A stretch of 64,000 nucleotides of DNA from Clostridia bacterium (GCA_017436645.1 JAFSCR010000030.1:10083-74082), one strand, 5' to 3'. Counted from the stretch's first letter, positions 48,276 to 57,785 are shown. Made by a program: numbers and translations. Notes: a model not told the origin generated them from the letters alone.

Positions 48276-48310
48276 AAAGACTTGCTTTGCAAGTCTTTTT
48301 TTTTATTGGT
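48276..48310. terminator. bidirectional terminator
   Basis: aaaaaagacttgctttgcaagtcttttttttt. Confidence 0.65.
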
Positions 48311-48315
48311 AAATT

Positions 48316-50142
48316 TTATTTTCTATACCGATAGGTCGGCACAACAGACGCCAGAATTTCTTTAATCTTTTCAGCACTTTCGTCTGAAACTTTTTCAAGG
48401 GCACGAAGCTTTTCATTTAAAGTTTCTGTGCTGATTTTAACTTGTTTACCGACGAAAATTTTACTGTGTGCTGTTTTCTCAAGGCCTTCCTCCGCCATCA
48501 GTATTTCCTCATAAAGCTTTTCACCGGGACGAAGACCGGTAAATTGGATGGGGATATCCACATCGGGTTTTAGCCCTGAAAGGTGAATCATTTTCCGTGC
48601 AAGGTCATAAATCTTGACGGGTTTCCCCATGTCAAGCACAAAAATTTCACCGCCTTTGGCGTAGGCCGCCGCCTGCAGTACAAGCTGTGCTGCTTCGGGG
48701 ATTGTCATAAAGAAACGGGTGATTTCAGGGTCGGTAACCGTAACGGGGCCGCCGGCAGCAATCTGCTTTTTAAAGCGGGGAATTACAGAACCGTTAGAGC
48801 CGAGAACATTGCCGAACCGAACGGCTACAAAATCTGTTTCGCATGTATCTTCAAAGGATTCCACAATCATTTCACACATACGTTTTGTTGCGCCCATGAC
48901 GTTTGTGGGATTTACCGCCTTGTCAGTAGAAATCATCACGAATCTGCGTGCACCGTATTTCTTGGCACAAAGGGCAGTATTGTAGGTGCCGAATACGTTA
49001 TTCTTAATTGCTTCTCCGGGACTGTATTCCATAAGCGGCACGTGTTTATGGGCTGCAGCGTGGAATACGATTTCCGGACGGTAATGATCAAAAATCTGTT
49101 CCATACGCTTTTGGTCTCTGACAGAAGCGATGAGAACGCTGATTTTTTGCGACGGGAACTTTTCTTCCAAATCATTTTGCAGTTCATAAGTGGTATTCTC
49201 ATAAACGTCCAGAATAATGAGATGCTCCGGTCGGTATTTTATAATCTGCCGGCAAAGCTCGGAACCGATGCTGCCGCCGCCCCCGGTAACCAGAACGACT
49301 TTTCCGAATATATCCTGCTGAATAAGCTGGTTATCCAAAACAATGGGATCACGGTCCAGAAGGTCTTCAATATCCAGTTCACGGATTCTTTTGAGCGGGT
49401 CGGACCCAAGAAGCAGCTGCTCCATACCATGCACAACCTTTACTTTTTTGCCGGTGGAGCTGCATATATCCAAGATTTCCGTTTTGTCTTTGGAAGGAAG
49501 GTTACAAATGGCAAAAACAATTTCCTCAACCTTTTTCTCTTCGCAAATACGGACGATATCATTTCGGGTGCCAAGCACATGTGCACCGTATATCCGCTGT
49601 CTTGCCTTCTGCGGATTATCGTCAACGAGGCCGACTACCGTATAGTGCAGGCGGTCGTTTTCCGCAATGCTCCGAAGAAGCGTTACGGCAAGGTTGCCTG
49701 CGCCAACGACAAGGATTCGTGTGCCATCCCCGACAAAAGAGGCTGTCTGCAGTTTGCAGACAAGACGGACTGCGTAGCGAATAAAACAAATAAGTGCAGA
49801 TGCACTGAACAGTGCTGCAAGGGTAATTTTAAAATGCAGCACTTTAAACACAAATATGTTTAGGAGAAATGAAACGGTACTGGCCAAAAAGCAGGAAAGC
49901 AGAAGGGTAAAATGTTCCTTAACACCTGCATATAGCCAGTCCACCTGATAAAGATGTGCCAGTAACAAGACGAAAACAAAAATAAACGTACTGGTTACAA
50001 TAAGCGGCAACGCTTTCAAAAAAACATGATGAAACTCTGCCGAAGCAGAAACAATTAATGCCAGAATCATGGCATAGGACATAAAACAAACTAAGATGTC
50101 AGCTAAACAAAGATGTCGGTTTTTAATATGCAATTTTATCAT
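48316..50142 (-). CDS. capD: membrane-anchored polysaccharide biosynthesis protein CapD/PglF-like (UDP-sugar 4,6-dehydratase)
   Basis: Four N-terminal TM helices precede two Rossmann domains (ILVVGAGNLA; VLVTGGGGSIGSEL). The start is chosen at MIKLH, which has a GGTGA RBS. Confidence 0.88.
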   Translation of the reverse strand: MIKLHIKNRHLCLADILVCFMSYAMILALIVSASAEFHHVFLKALPLIVTSTFIFVFVLLLAHLYQVDWLYAGVKEHFTLLLSCFLASTVSFLLNIFVFKVLHFKITLAALFSASALICFIRYAVRLVCKLQTASFVGDGTRILVVGAGNLAVTLLRSIAENDRLHYTVVGLVDDNPQKARQRIYGAHVLGTRNDIVRICEEKKVEEIVFAICNLPSKDKTEILDICSSTGKKVKVVHGMEQLLLGSDPLKRIRELDIEDLLDRDPIVLDNQLIQQDIFGKVVLVTGGGGSIGSELCRQIIKYRPEHLIILDVYENTTYELQNDLEEKFPSQKISVLIASVRDQKRMEQIFDHYRPEIVFHAAAHKHVPLMEYSPGEAIKNNVFGTYNTALCAKKYGARRFVMISTDKAVNPTNVMGATKRMCEMIVESFEDTCETDFVAVRFGNVLGSNGSVIPRFKKQIAAGGPVTVTDPEITRFFMTIPEAAQLVLQAAAYAKGGEIFVLDMGKPVKIYDLARKMIHLSGLKPDVDIPIQFTGLRPGEKLYEEILMAEEGLEKTAHSKIFVGKQVKISTETLNEKLRALEKVSDESAEKIKEILASVVPTYRYRK

Positions 50143-50857
50143 ATTTTTCACCGCCAAAGTAAGGTTTTAGCATCTGCATTGCAGTGCCGGAAAAAAGCGC
50201 TTCGGCTTTTTTCGGAAATTTTTTGTTTGCTTTTGTAAATGCGATTTGTATGTCACAGTTTCGCACGGCCATATTATGCATGTCACTTCCGACGATGCAA
50301 GGCGCAGCTTCGGAAAGAAGACGGCCGACAAAGCGGCGCCCCGAAAAAGAACGAAACCGTGCGGCGTTAATCTGGTACGTTATGGCCAGCCCATGAAAGT
50401 CTGATAACATTTTTTCCGCATGCAAATAACGGTCAATGTGTGCCACAATCGGGCGAAACCCTCGAACAATCAATGAGTGTAACCATTCACTCCAATAAGG
50501 GTTGTATGGGGCTGACAGGGGGAATTCTACCAAAATATATGGGGTTTCTTCCAGACAGAGCGCTTTGAGCGCATCGTGCCTTGTAATGTCATGGTCTAAA
50601 AAAACTTCGGCGCCTAAAATAAGCTTGGGAAAAGAAAGCGAGGCTTTTTCCATTTCTGCTGAAAGTGCCCTGTAGCTTTCTTGCCGTTTTTTTATAAAAT
50701 GAGCAATTGCATCTTCCTGATGCAAAACTACATGCGGTGTAGCGCCGCAAAGGCGGACACCCTGCTTATAAGCATCTGCAAGCATCCTGATGCTTTCTTC
50801 CGCTTTTTTAGGTCCGTCATCAATGCCGGGGAGAACGTGGGTATGCAAATCAATCAT
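50123..50857 (-). CDS. cpsB: PHP-family tyrosine-protein phosphatase CpsB/YwqE
   Basis: MIDLHTHVLPGIDDGP is the PHP metal-binding N-terminus. Confidence 0.9.
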   Translation of the reverse strand: MIDLHTHVLPGIDDGPKKAEESIRMLADAYKQGVRLCGATPHVVLHQEDAIAHFIKKRQESYRALSAEMEKASLSFPKLILGAEVFLDHDITRHDALKALCLEETPYILVEFPLSAPYNPYWSEWLHSLIVRGFRPIVAHIDRYLHAEKMLSDFHGLAITYQINAARFRSFSGRRFVGRLLSEAAPCIVGSDMHNMAVRNCDIQIAFTKANKKFPKKAEALFSGTAMQMLKPYFGGEKYDKIAY

Positions 50858-50864
50858 GCATTCA

Positions 50865-51647
50865 TCACTTCTTCTTCTTTTCTTCTACTTCATCACCGTA
50901 ACGGTAGTTGTAGCCGTACTTATAGCTGTAACGGTACCCGTATTTATATTTATAACCGTGCTTGCCTCGTTTGTAATAGCTGTAACGGGCTGCACGCTCG
51001 TTGCAGTCAACCATTACAACACCGAGAATTTTTGCATCTGCAATTTTGAGGTTTTCCATTGTTTCGTCCAGAAGATCGTAGGTTGTATAATTTTCACGAA
51101 CAATAACAATGGCGCCCGTGCTGTACTTGGTAACGATGAGCGCATCCGTAACAACGGTGACGGGAGGTGTGTCAATAAAGATGTAATCGTAGGACTTGCG
51201 AAGCGTAGCTAAAAGCGCAGCAAATTCCTCTGTTTCCAGAAGTTCTGCAGGGTTTGGCGGAATGGCACCGGCCGTCAGGCAATCCAAGTTTTCACGTACG
51301 TTATGTTTAATTGTTTTTTCCAGTTCTGAAAAACCGCAAAGTACATTGGAAAGACCGTCCGTTCTTTCCAGCCCTAAATACTTGTGCACTCTTGCTTTTC
51401 GAAGGTCAGCATCTATGAGGATTACTCTTGCACCCATCTGTGCAAAGGTGATGGCAAGGTTTATGGAAGTTGTGGTTTTACCTTCATTCGGAGAGGAACT
51501 TGTAACAACAATTACTTTTCCGCCTTCCGATTTCGGCATGGAGAACATAATATTTGTACGGATGGATTTATAAGTTTCAATGGTGTTAAAATCTGTCTGG
51601 TCTGTCAGAACAAAATTGATTTCATGGTCATTTTTTACTTTAGCCAT
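50865..51647 (-). CDS. cpsD: BY-kinase (CpsD/YwqD-type tyrosine autokinase) with a long C-terminal Tyr/Lys/Gly-rich tail
   Basis: Walker A SSPNEGKTTTSINLA and Walker A'/B motifs are present. The C-terminus reads YSYYKRGKHGYKYKYGYRYSYKYGYNYRYG. Confidence 0.9.
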   Translation of the reverse strand: MAKVKNDHEINFVLTDQTDFNTIETYKSIRTNIMFSMPKSEGGKVIVVTSSSPNEGKTTTSINLAITFAQMGARVILIDADLRKARVHKYLGLERTDGLSNVLCGFSELEKTIKHNVRENLDCLTAGAIPPNPAELLETEEFAALLATLRKSYDYIFIDTPPVTVVTDALIVTKYSTGAIVIVRENYTTYDLLDETMENLKIADAKILGVVMVDCNERAARYSYYKRGKHGYKYKYGYRYSYKYGYNYRYGDEVEEKKKK

Positions 51648-51662
51648 TTTCATGCACCTCCC

Positions 51663-52340
51663 TTACTGACTGATGTTGCCCAAGATAGATACATCGTATC
51701 GTTTGGCAACATCTTCGCCTTTGTGCACTTTTTTATCAAACAAATTCAAAAGAAATGCGATTACAGCACCCAGGAAGGCACCAATGGCGAACCCGAGAAC
51801 GGTTTTCCGGCCTGTGCCCGGATCTACCAGCGTACCTACGCTGTTAATTTCGTCAATAATTTCAACGGCACCGCCATTGAGAACACTCTGCAGCTTGCCC
51901 GGCGCTTTTTGCATAATTGTGGATGCAATGGCACCGGCGTCTTCAGCAGAGGTGGCTTTGACGGAAATGGTAAGAAGCTCTGTTTCGTTCACGGAGTTAA
52001 TTGTGAGCATGGATTTGATTTCTTTCCAGGTGTATTTGGACCCGGTTGCCTCACTGACATCCGTCAAAAAAGAACGGGACTTTAAAATTTCAATATAACT
52101 GTTAATAAGAGAACGGGAGGTGGAAATGTCACTTCCGGAAATTACGCCCTCAATGCTCTGCTCGGTACGGTTGCGGACATAAAGCATGCCGTCTGCCACA
52201 TATTGGTCGTCGGTAAAATACACGGTTTTCACCAAAAATAGTGTTGCCATAAGGCAGGCCAGCGTGATAATCAAAAATTTGTTAAGCCAAAATATACGCA
52301 AAATGTCGGTTACAGCCAGATCTTTTGCTTGTTCGTTCAT
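51663..52340 (-). CDS. cpsC: Wzz/CpsC-type chain-length regulator (BY-kinase transmembrane activator)
   Basis: The start is chosen at MNEQAKD, which has a GGAGGATGG RBS. Two TM helices flank a periplasmic-type domain, and the product is 225 aa. Confidence 0.85.
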   Translation of the reverse strand: MNEQAKDLAVTDILRIFWLNKFLIITLACLMATLFLVKTVYFTDDQYVADGMLYVRNRTEQSIEGVISGSDISTSRSLINSYIEILKSRSFLTDVSEATGSKYTWKEIKSMLTINSVNETELLTISVKATSAEDAGAIASTIMQKAPGKLQSVLNGGAVEIIDEINSVGTLVDPGTGRKTVLGFAIGAFLGAVIAFLLNLFDKKVHKGEDVAKRYDVSILGNISQ

Positions 52341-52505
52341 ATTCCATCCTCCTAAAAATACTATTATAACCTTATTAATTCTATCACAGACAAAAGACAA
52401 TGTCAACATTAAATTGTGCTTTCGGGGCGAGTTTTTTGTGGAAAAGTACTTGCAAGATTCGTTTGGGTGTGGTATACTGAATAAAAAAAAGGAGTTCTTT
52501 TGAAA

Positions 52506-53156
52506 ATGGCCGAAAACGCTGAAAAACCAAAGGGAATAAAGAAGAAGCTGGAAAACTTTTGGTATCATCATCAAATTGCAACCTTGGTTACTGTGTTTAT
52601 TGTCTGCAGTGCCATTTTTCTGACGGTGGATTATCTGAGGAAACAGGATCCTGACATGGTTCTGACTTACGTAGGAGCGGAATTTGGGGATAAGACCCAG
52701 TTTATCCGTGCAGAGGACGACCTTCTTGCGGTTGTGGGCGATATAAACGGTGACGGAAAAAAGAAAATGAATTACCGCATGATTGTCATACGGGAGGACT
52801 GGACGACCTATGACGTGGACAAAGAACAGCACTTTAATTATTCCTTTATTGATAAAAATGTGCGCCTCTATGTTATAGAAGAACGGTTTTTTGAGCAAAA
52901 GAAAATATTCTTTGAACCGCTGGAAGGCATTTTGCCTGACGAGTTTCTCAAAGAGGGACTTAAAAACGATGAGGGTCAGGTTTGTGCAGTGCCTCTTGCA
53001 GGCAGCGAAGTGGCAGAGAAAATGGATTTCGCAAGACCCGGTCTGTATGTGGGCATAAAGCGCATGATTGATACGGAAAAGCACGAGAAACTGGTGCCGG
53101 CCCAGTTTGAAAAGTCCAAAGACCTGATTCGTTACATTGTAACGGGGGAGAAATAA
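52506..53156 (+). CDS. hypothetical membrane-anchored protein
   Basis: An extended -10 element (TGgTATACT) and an AAGGAG RBS precede the gene. A single N-terminal TM helix is present, and there are no recognisable domains. Confidence 0.6.
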   Translation: MAENAEKPKGIKKKLENFWYHHQIATLVTVFIVCSAIFLTVDYLRKQDPDMVLTYVGAEFGDKTQFIRAEDDLLAVVGDINGDGKKKMNYRMIVIREDWTTYDVDKEQHFNYSFIDKNVRLYVIEERFFEQKKIFFEPLEGILPDEFLKEGLKNDEGQVCAVPLAGSEVAEKMDFARPGLYVGIKRMIDTEKHEKLVPAQFEKSKDLIRYIVTGEK

Positions 53157-53168
53157 AAAAACAGTAAA

Positions 53169-53198
53169 GAAAGCACAAAAAGTGCTTTCTTTTTTTGT
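53169..53198 (+). terminator. rho-independent terminator
   Basis: aaagaaagcacaaaaagtgctttcttttttt. Confidence 0.65.
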
Positions 53199-53206
53199 GC
53201 GGATGC

Positions 53207-53235
53207 TTGACTTTTGTGGAAAAATATAGTATAAT
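53207..53235 (+). promoter_or_regulatory. sigmaA-type promoter of the decarboxylase operon (TTGACT-17-TATAAT)
   Basis: TTGACTtttgtggaaaaatatagTATAAT. Confidence 0.5.
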
Positions 53236-53298
53236 CGAAGTCAAATGCGATTATTTTTTGCCAAAAGCAAAAATGAGAGTACATAGGAGGTATTTTTC

Positions 53299-54675
53299 AT
53301 GAAAGTACAATTTACTGAAACCGTGCTGCGTGACGCAAACCAGTCCCTTATTGCAACCCGTTTGCCGTTTGATAAGTACGCCCCCATCCTGGAAACGATG
53401 GACAAGGCCGGCTTTTACTCGGTAGAATGCTGGGGCGGTGCAACATTTGATTCCTGTCTGCGTTTTCTCGATGAGGATCCCTGGGAACGTCTTCGCAAAA
53501 TTAAAGAAAAGTTGCCGAACACGAAGCTCCAGATGCTTCTCCGCGGCCAGAATCTTTTGGGGTACAAGCATTATCCCGATGATGTTGTAAGAAAGTTCAT
53601 TCAGCACTCCGTGTCCAACGGTATTGACATTATCCGTATCTTTGACGCTCTCAACGACCTTCGCAACATCCGTGTTGCCGTTGAAGAAACCAACAAATGC
53701 GGCGCACTCGCTTCCGGTGCGATTTCCTATACCACAAGCCCTGTGCATACCCTTGAAAACTATGCAAAGCTTGCAAAGGAAATGGAAGAAATGGGCGTTG
53801 GCTCCATCTGTGTAAAAGACATGGCAGGTGTTATGAGCCCTCAGGAAGCTTATGACCTTGTAAAGGCAATCAAGAGCGCTGTTAAGGTTCCCGTTGTTGT
53901 GCATACACATTGCACCACAGGTCTTGCATTTATGACTTATATGAAGGCTATCGAAGCCGGTGCAGACGTTGTAGATACTGCAATTTCCTGCTTCTCCGGC
54001 GGTACAAGCCAGCCTGCAACAGAAACACTCGTATATGCAATGCGTCAGGCAGGCTACGAAGTAGACGTTAACGATAAGTGCCTTAAGGAAATCAACGATT
54101 TCTTCAAGCCTATCCGTAACGAATATCTCGAAAGCGGTCTTTTAGAACCCACCGTTTTGGCAACCGATACAAATGCGCTGAACTACCAGATTCCCGGCGG
54201 TATGCTTTCTAACCTCATTTCCCAGCTGAAGGCACAGAATGCGCTTGACCGTCTCGATGAAGTTTTAATTGAAACCCCGAAGGTACGTAAGGACCTTGGC
54301 TATCCGCCGCTCGTAACACCCATGAGCCAGATGGTTGGTGTACAGGCTGCAACAAACGTTCTTATCGGCGAACGCTATAAGAACATCAGTAAGGAAGTTA
54401 AGGCATATCTCCGTGGTGAATACGGTCAGGCTCCCGGCGAAGTCGATAAAGAGCTTATAAAGAAAGCCCTTGGCGACGAAGCACCCGTAACCTGCCGCTT
54501 TGCAGATACTTTGGAAGATGCTTTCGAAAAGACAAAAGCAGAACTCGGCGACAAGGCAAAATGTGATGAAGATGTTCTTTCTTACATTGCATTCCCTCAG
54601 GTTTACGAAAAGTTCAATGAAAAACGTCAGGCAAAACTGGAAAACCGTGCAAAGTACACCATCGAAGAAATGTAA
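53299..54675 (+). CDS. oadA: oxaloacetate decarboxylase alpha-subunit carboxyltransferase domain (5S-type, no biotinyl domain)
   Basis: The N-terminus FTETVLRDANQSLIATRL, an HMGL-like TIM barrel and an OadA-type conserved C-terminal domain are present. At 458 aa it is short and lacks the biotin-attachment domain. Confidence 0.88.
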   Translation: MKVQFTETVLRDANQSLIATRLPFDKYAPILETMDKAGFYSVECWGGATFDSCLRFLDEDPWERLRKIKEKLPNTKLQMLLRGQNLLGYKHYPDDVVRKFIQHSVSNGIDIIRIFDALNDLRNIRVAVEETNKCGALASGAISYTTSPVHTLENYAKLAKEMEEMGVGSICVKDMAGVMSPQEAYDLVKAIKSAVKVPVVVHTHCTTGLAFMTYMKAIEAGADVVDTAISCFSGGTSQPATETLVYAMRQAGYEVDVNDKCLKEINDFFKPIRNEYLESGLLEPTVLATDTNALNYQIPGGMLSNLISQLKAQNALDRLDEVLIETPKVRKDLGYPPLVTPMSQMVGVQAATNVLIGERYKNISKEVKAYLRGEYGQAPGEVDKELIKKALGDEAPVTCRFADTLEDAFEKTKAELGDKAKCDEDVLSYIAFPQVYEKFNEKRQAKLENRAKYTIEEM

Positions 54676-54702
54676 TTACGGAAGTAAGAAAGGATTTTGA
54701 AA

Positions 54703-55008
54703 ATGGTTATCATGTCAACTCTTATTAATGCGATTGTCTGCATGGCGGTTGTTTTCGCTGTTCTCATTGTTCTGATGCTTTTCATTTCTGTAATGAGTAA
54801 GCTGATGAAAAAAGAAGAAGCACCTGCCCCTGCGGCAGCATCTGCAGCTCCTGCACAAGCTCCCATGGCAGCCCGTGGCAGCTGCGGCGAAGTAAAGCTC
54901 TTTGACGTGCCCGATAAAACGGCAGCACAGCTTATGGCAATTACGGCAGATAAGCTCGGCAAACCTTTAAACACACTGCGCTTTGTTTCTATTAAAGAAG
55001 TGAAATAA
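54703..55008 (+). CDS. oadG: Na+-decarboxylase small membrane subunit (OadG-like)
   Basis: A single TM helix is followed by an Ala/Pro-rich linker, as in OadG/MmdD-type subunits. Confidence 0.7.
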   Translation: MVIMSTLINAIVCMAVVFAVLIVLMLFISVMSKLMKKEEAPAPAAASAAPAQAPMAARGSCGEVKLFDVPDKTAAQLMAITADKLGKPLNTLRFVSIKEVK

Positions 55009-55026
55009 GAGAAAGGAAGAAATAAA

Positions 55027-55425
55027 ATGGGAATTTATAAAATCACATTAAACGGAAAAACATATGAAGTAGAAGTAAAAGAAGGCGAAGCCATTGTAGC
55101 TGCAGAATACGAAGCTGCAGCACCCGTAGCCGCCCCTGTAGCCGCTCCCGCAGCACCTGCAGCACCTCAGGCTGCACCTGCACCTACTGCCGCTCCCGCA
55201 GTAACAGGCAGTGGCGAAGTTGTTTCTTCTCCTCTTCCCGGCACCGTTCTTGACATTAAGGTAGCCCAGGGCGCAGCCGTTAAGGCCGGCCAGCTTCTCG
55301 TTATTATCGAAGCTATGAAAATGGAAAATGAAATTTTAGCACCGAAGGATGGCACTGTTTCTCAGATTGTTGCCTCCAAGGGCGCATCCGTTGAAAGCGG
55401 CGCTCCCCTCCTTGTAATTGCATAA
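55027..55425 (+). CDS. biotin carboxyl carrier protein of the decarboxylase
   Basis: An Ala/Pro linker is followed by the biotinyl domain EAMKMENEI. Confidence 0.9.
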   Translation: MGIYKITLNGKTYEVEVKEGEAIVAAEYEAAAPVAAPVAAPAAPAAPQAAPAPTAAPAVTGSGEVVSSPLPGTVLDIKVAQGAAVKAGQLLVIIEAMKMENEILAPKDGTVSQIVASKGASVESGAPLLVIA

Positions 55426-55438
55426 GGAGGACAACCTG

Positions 55439-56629
55439 ATGAAGATTTTAGATGTACTTCAAAAACTCTGGGAAACTTCCGGCATTGCGCAGATTGCGGC
55501 ACAGTTTTCAAGCGACGGTGTTTTACAGCTTATTATGATTGCGCTTGCCTGCGTACTGCTTTATCTCGGTATTGTAAAGAAGTTTGAACCCCTTCTTTTA
55601 GTTGGTATTGCATTTGGTATGCTGCTTACAAACCTGCCCCTCTCCGGCGTGTTTACGCCTGAGTACTGGAACACGGCAGGGGATATTGATTATGCAGAAG
55701 TCCTCCGTCACGGCGGTCTTTTGGATATTCTGTATATTGGCGTTAAAACGGGTCTTTATCCGTCGCTTATCTTCCTTGGAGTTGGTGCTATGACGGACTT
55801 TGGCCCCATGATTGCAAACCCCAAGTCCATGCTCATGGGCGCAGGCGCACAGTTTGGCATTTCCTTCGCACTGGTTATGGCAATTCCGTTCTTTGCACCT
55901 GAAGTAGCCGCTTCCATTGCGATTATCGGCGGTGCTGACGGCCCTACAGCCATCTGGCTGACGAAAACCCTTGCACCCCATATGCTTGCACCCATCGCTA
56001 TTGCAGCATATTCCTATATGGCACTCATTCCCCTCATTCAGCCTCCCATTATGAAGCTGATGACCACGAAAAAAGAACGGGGAATCAAAATGGAACAGCT
56101 CCGTCCCGTTTCCAAAACGGAAAAGATTGTGTTCCCCATTATGGTTACCATCGTAACCTGTCTCGTTCTGCCCTCTGTTGCGCCCCTTCTCGGTTGCCTC
56201 ATGCTTGGTAACCTCCTGAAGGAATGCGGCGTTACGGACCGTCTTTCCGATACCGCACAGAACAACCTCATGAACATTGTTACAATCTTCCTGAGTGTTT
56301 CCGTAGGTGCTACCGCACGTTATGACACATTCCTTAAGACTGATACACTCCTCATTATTGTGCTTGGTCTTACGGCATTCTGCTTTGCAACCTTCGGCGG
56401 TCTTCTCGTTGGTAAGATTATGTGTAAGCTTTCCGGCGGTAAGATTAACCCCCTTATCGGTTCTGCAGGCGTTTCCGCCGTTCCTATGGCGGCACGCGTA
56501 TCTCAGAGCGTAGGGCAGAAAGCAAACCCCTCCAACTTCCTTCTCATGCATGCCATGGGTCCCAACGTTGCAGGTGTTATCGGTTCTGCTGTTGCGGCCG
56601 GATTCCTTCTCGCCGTATTTGGTGGCTGA
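55439..56629 (+). CDS. oadB: Na+-transporting decarboxylase beta subunit
   Basis: The start is chosen at MKILDVL, which has an AAGGAGG RBS. The product is a polytopic OadB/MmdB family protein. Confidence 0.9.
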   Translation: MKILDVLQKLWETSGIAQIAAQFSSDGVLQLIMIALACVLLYLGIVKKFEPLLLVGIAFGMLLTNLPLSGVFTPEYWNTAGDIDYAEVLRHGGLLDILYIGVKTGLYPSLIFLGVGAMTDFGPMIANPKSMLMGAGAQFGISFALVMAIPFFAPEVAASIAIIGGADGPTAIWLTKTLAPHMLAPIAIAAYSYMALIPLIQPPIMKLMTTKKERGIKMEQLRPVSKTEKIVFPIMVTIVTCLVLPSVAPLLGCLMLGNLLKECGVTDRLSDTAQNNLMNIVTIFLSVSVGATARYDTFLKTDTLLIIVLGLTAFCFATFGGLLVGKIMCKLSGGKINPLIGSAGVSAVPMAARVSQSVGQKANPSNFLLMHAMGPNVAGVIGSAVAAGFLLAVFGG

Positions 56630-56642
56630 TAGAAAATATAAA

Positions 56643-56672
56643 AGGCACGGTTTTAAACCGTGCCTTTTTTGT
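56643..56672. terminator. bidirectional terminator
   Basis: aaaaggcacggttttaaaccgtgcctttttt. Confidence 0.65.
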
Positions 56673-56676
56673 ATGC

Positions 56677-57399
56677 TTATTTACGTAATTTCCGGCAATA
56701 TTGTGTGCAAAGCTTGTCCGTACATTCTGAACATCTGAGCGCCATATTGCTGTTTTCCCAGAACCGCTCGGGATAGGTAAAGACGCATACTTCCCAGATG
56801 ATAAAGATAATAACGGAGAGACCAAAGAGGGACCAGGAGAAAAAGCTGTTTACCATAATCAGGGGAGAGAACATCATGAGGTGGTCCCAGTTAAATATGC
56901 GGCAGGTGGTGCAGCATTTGTTTTTCATGATGAGACGAAACGGGCACCAGATGAGAACGCAGATAAGGTCGCATACGTAAAAGAGTACGGAAATGAGCAC
57001 CACACCTGCTGTATCCAGAAACCCTTTTACATATAAAAAGCCAATCAGAACACTCAATGCACCCCATAAAACCATGACTTTATAGGCGGCGGCGGTGGTG
57101 TCCTTCACATATTTTTTTAGATTTTGATAATTTATTTTTTCTTTGATGGGACGGAAGAGGGAGGGAAACAGCTTTTGCGACCCGATGGAAATGTGGGCCC
57201 GAATGGGCAGGAGCTGCAAAATCATGTCCCATATCCATATGCCCCAAAGAATGTGGAGAACGGAAAAAGTTTCAAAAAAATGCATTCCTTCAGCAGGGAA
57301 AAACACATCTTTTCGGAATAAATATAAATATACGGTGAGCGCCAATATGCCGCATCGGGCAAAAAGGCGGATAAAGTAAATTTTTCTTGTCTTTGACAT
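56677..57399 (-). CDS. hypothetical polytopic membrane protein with a C-terminal Cys-rich region
   Basis: The start is chosen at MSKTRK, which has a TGGAGG RBS. Six or so TM helices are present. The C-terminal segment reads KNKCCTTC...RCSECTDKLCTQYC. Confidence 0.55.
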   Translation of the reverse strand: MSKTRKIYFIRLFARCGILALTVYLYLFRKDVFFPAEGMHFFETFSVLHILWGIWIWDMILQLLPIRAHISIGSQKLFPSLFRPIKEKINYQNLKKYVKDTTAAAYKVMVLWGALSVLIGFLYVKGFLDTAGVVLISVLFYVCDLICVLIWCPFRLIMKNKCCTTCRIFNWDHLMMFSPLIMVNSFFSWSLFGLSVIIFIIWEVCVFTYPERFWENSNMALRCSECTDKLCTQYCRKLRK

Positions 57400-57467
57400 A
57401 GTGCCTCCAAAAGTATTAAGTACCTTTTTAGTATAACATTTTTCTGCACAAAAGTCAATGCACACAA

Positions 57468-57498
57468 AAGGCGATTGCATAAAATACAATCGCCTTTA
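57468..57498 (-). terminator. relict lysS terminator displaced by the island insertion
   Basis: The hairpin aaaggcgattg/caatcgccttt lies directly downstream (on the minus strand) of the lysS 3'-end remnant PTMKTLS*. Confidence 0.4.
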
Positions 57499-57518
57499 AT
57501 GCTTATAAAGTTTAGCTC

Positions 57519-57537
57519 AGCGTCTTCATGGTGGGGA
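57519..57537. repeat. attL-like 19-bp direct repeat (AGCGTCTTCATGGTGGGGA), a copy of the lysS 3' end
   Basis: It is identical to 63247-63265. On the minus strand it encodes ...PTMKTLS* followed by the relict terminator. Confidence 0.7.
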
Positions 57538-57722
57538 TTAGGGTCCCAATAATCACATAACTCATTATAACTCTACACAATCCTTTATATAAGGCGTTTT
57601 CAGAATATCCATTTTCACATAAGTCTTCAAGCCTATATAATATATGCACAAAATGGTGTGGTGATTTAGTGTGGTTGGTGTAGTAACCTCTTTAATTACT
57701 AAATAGTATTTCTTCAAATCCC

Positions 57723-57771
57723 TTGACATTTTGCACAAAGTATGTTAGTATGTTTACATACATACTTTGTG
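57723..57771 (+). promoter_or_regulatory. promoter (TTGACA-17-TAGTAT) overlapped by a 12-bp perfect inverted repeat (C-box-like operator)
   Basis: The arms cacaaagtatgt (57734-57745) and acatactttgtg (57760-57771) flank the -10 element. RBS GGAGGTGA follows. Confidence 0.55.
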
Positions 57772-57785
57772 GAGGTGAAAAACGG

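Noticed and set aside
48583-49863. 426-aa plus-strand ORF inside capD
   Set aside because: It is antisense to a well-supported CapD/PglF gene and has no RBS or homology signal.
55598-56551. 317-aa minus-strand Cys/His-rich ORF inside oadB
   Set aside because: It is antisense to the conserved beta-subunit gene, and the Cys/His richness is a by-product of reverse-complementing Ala/Gly/Val codons.
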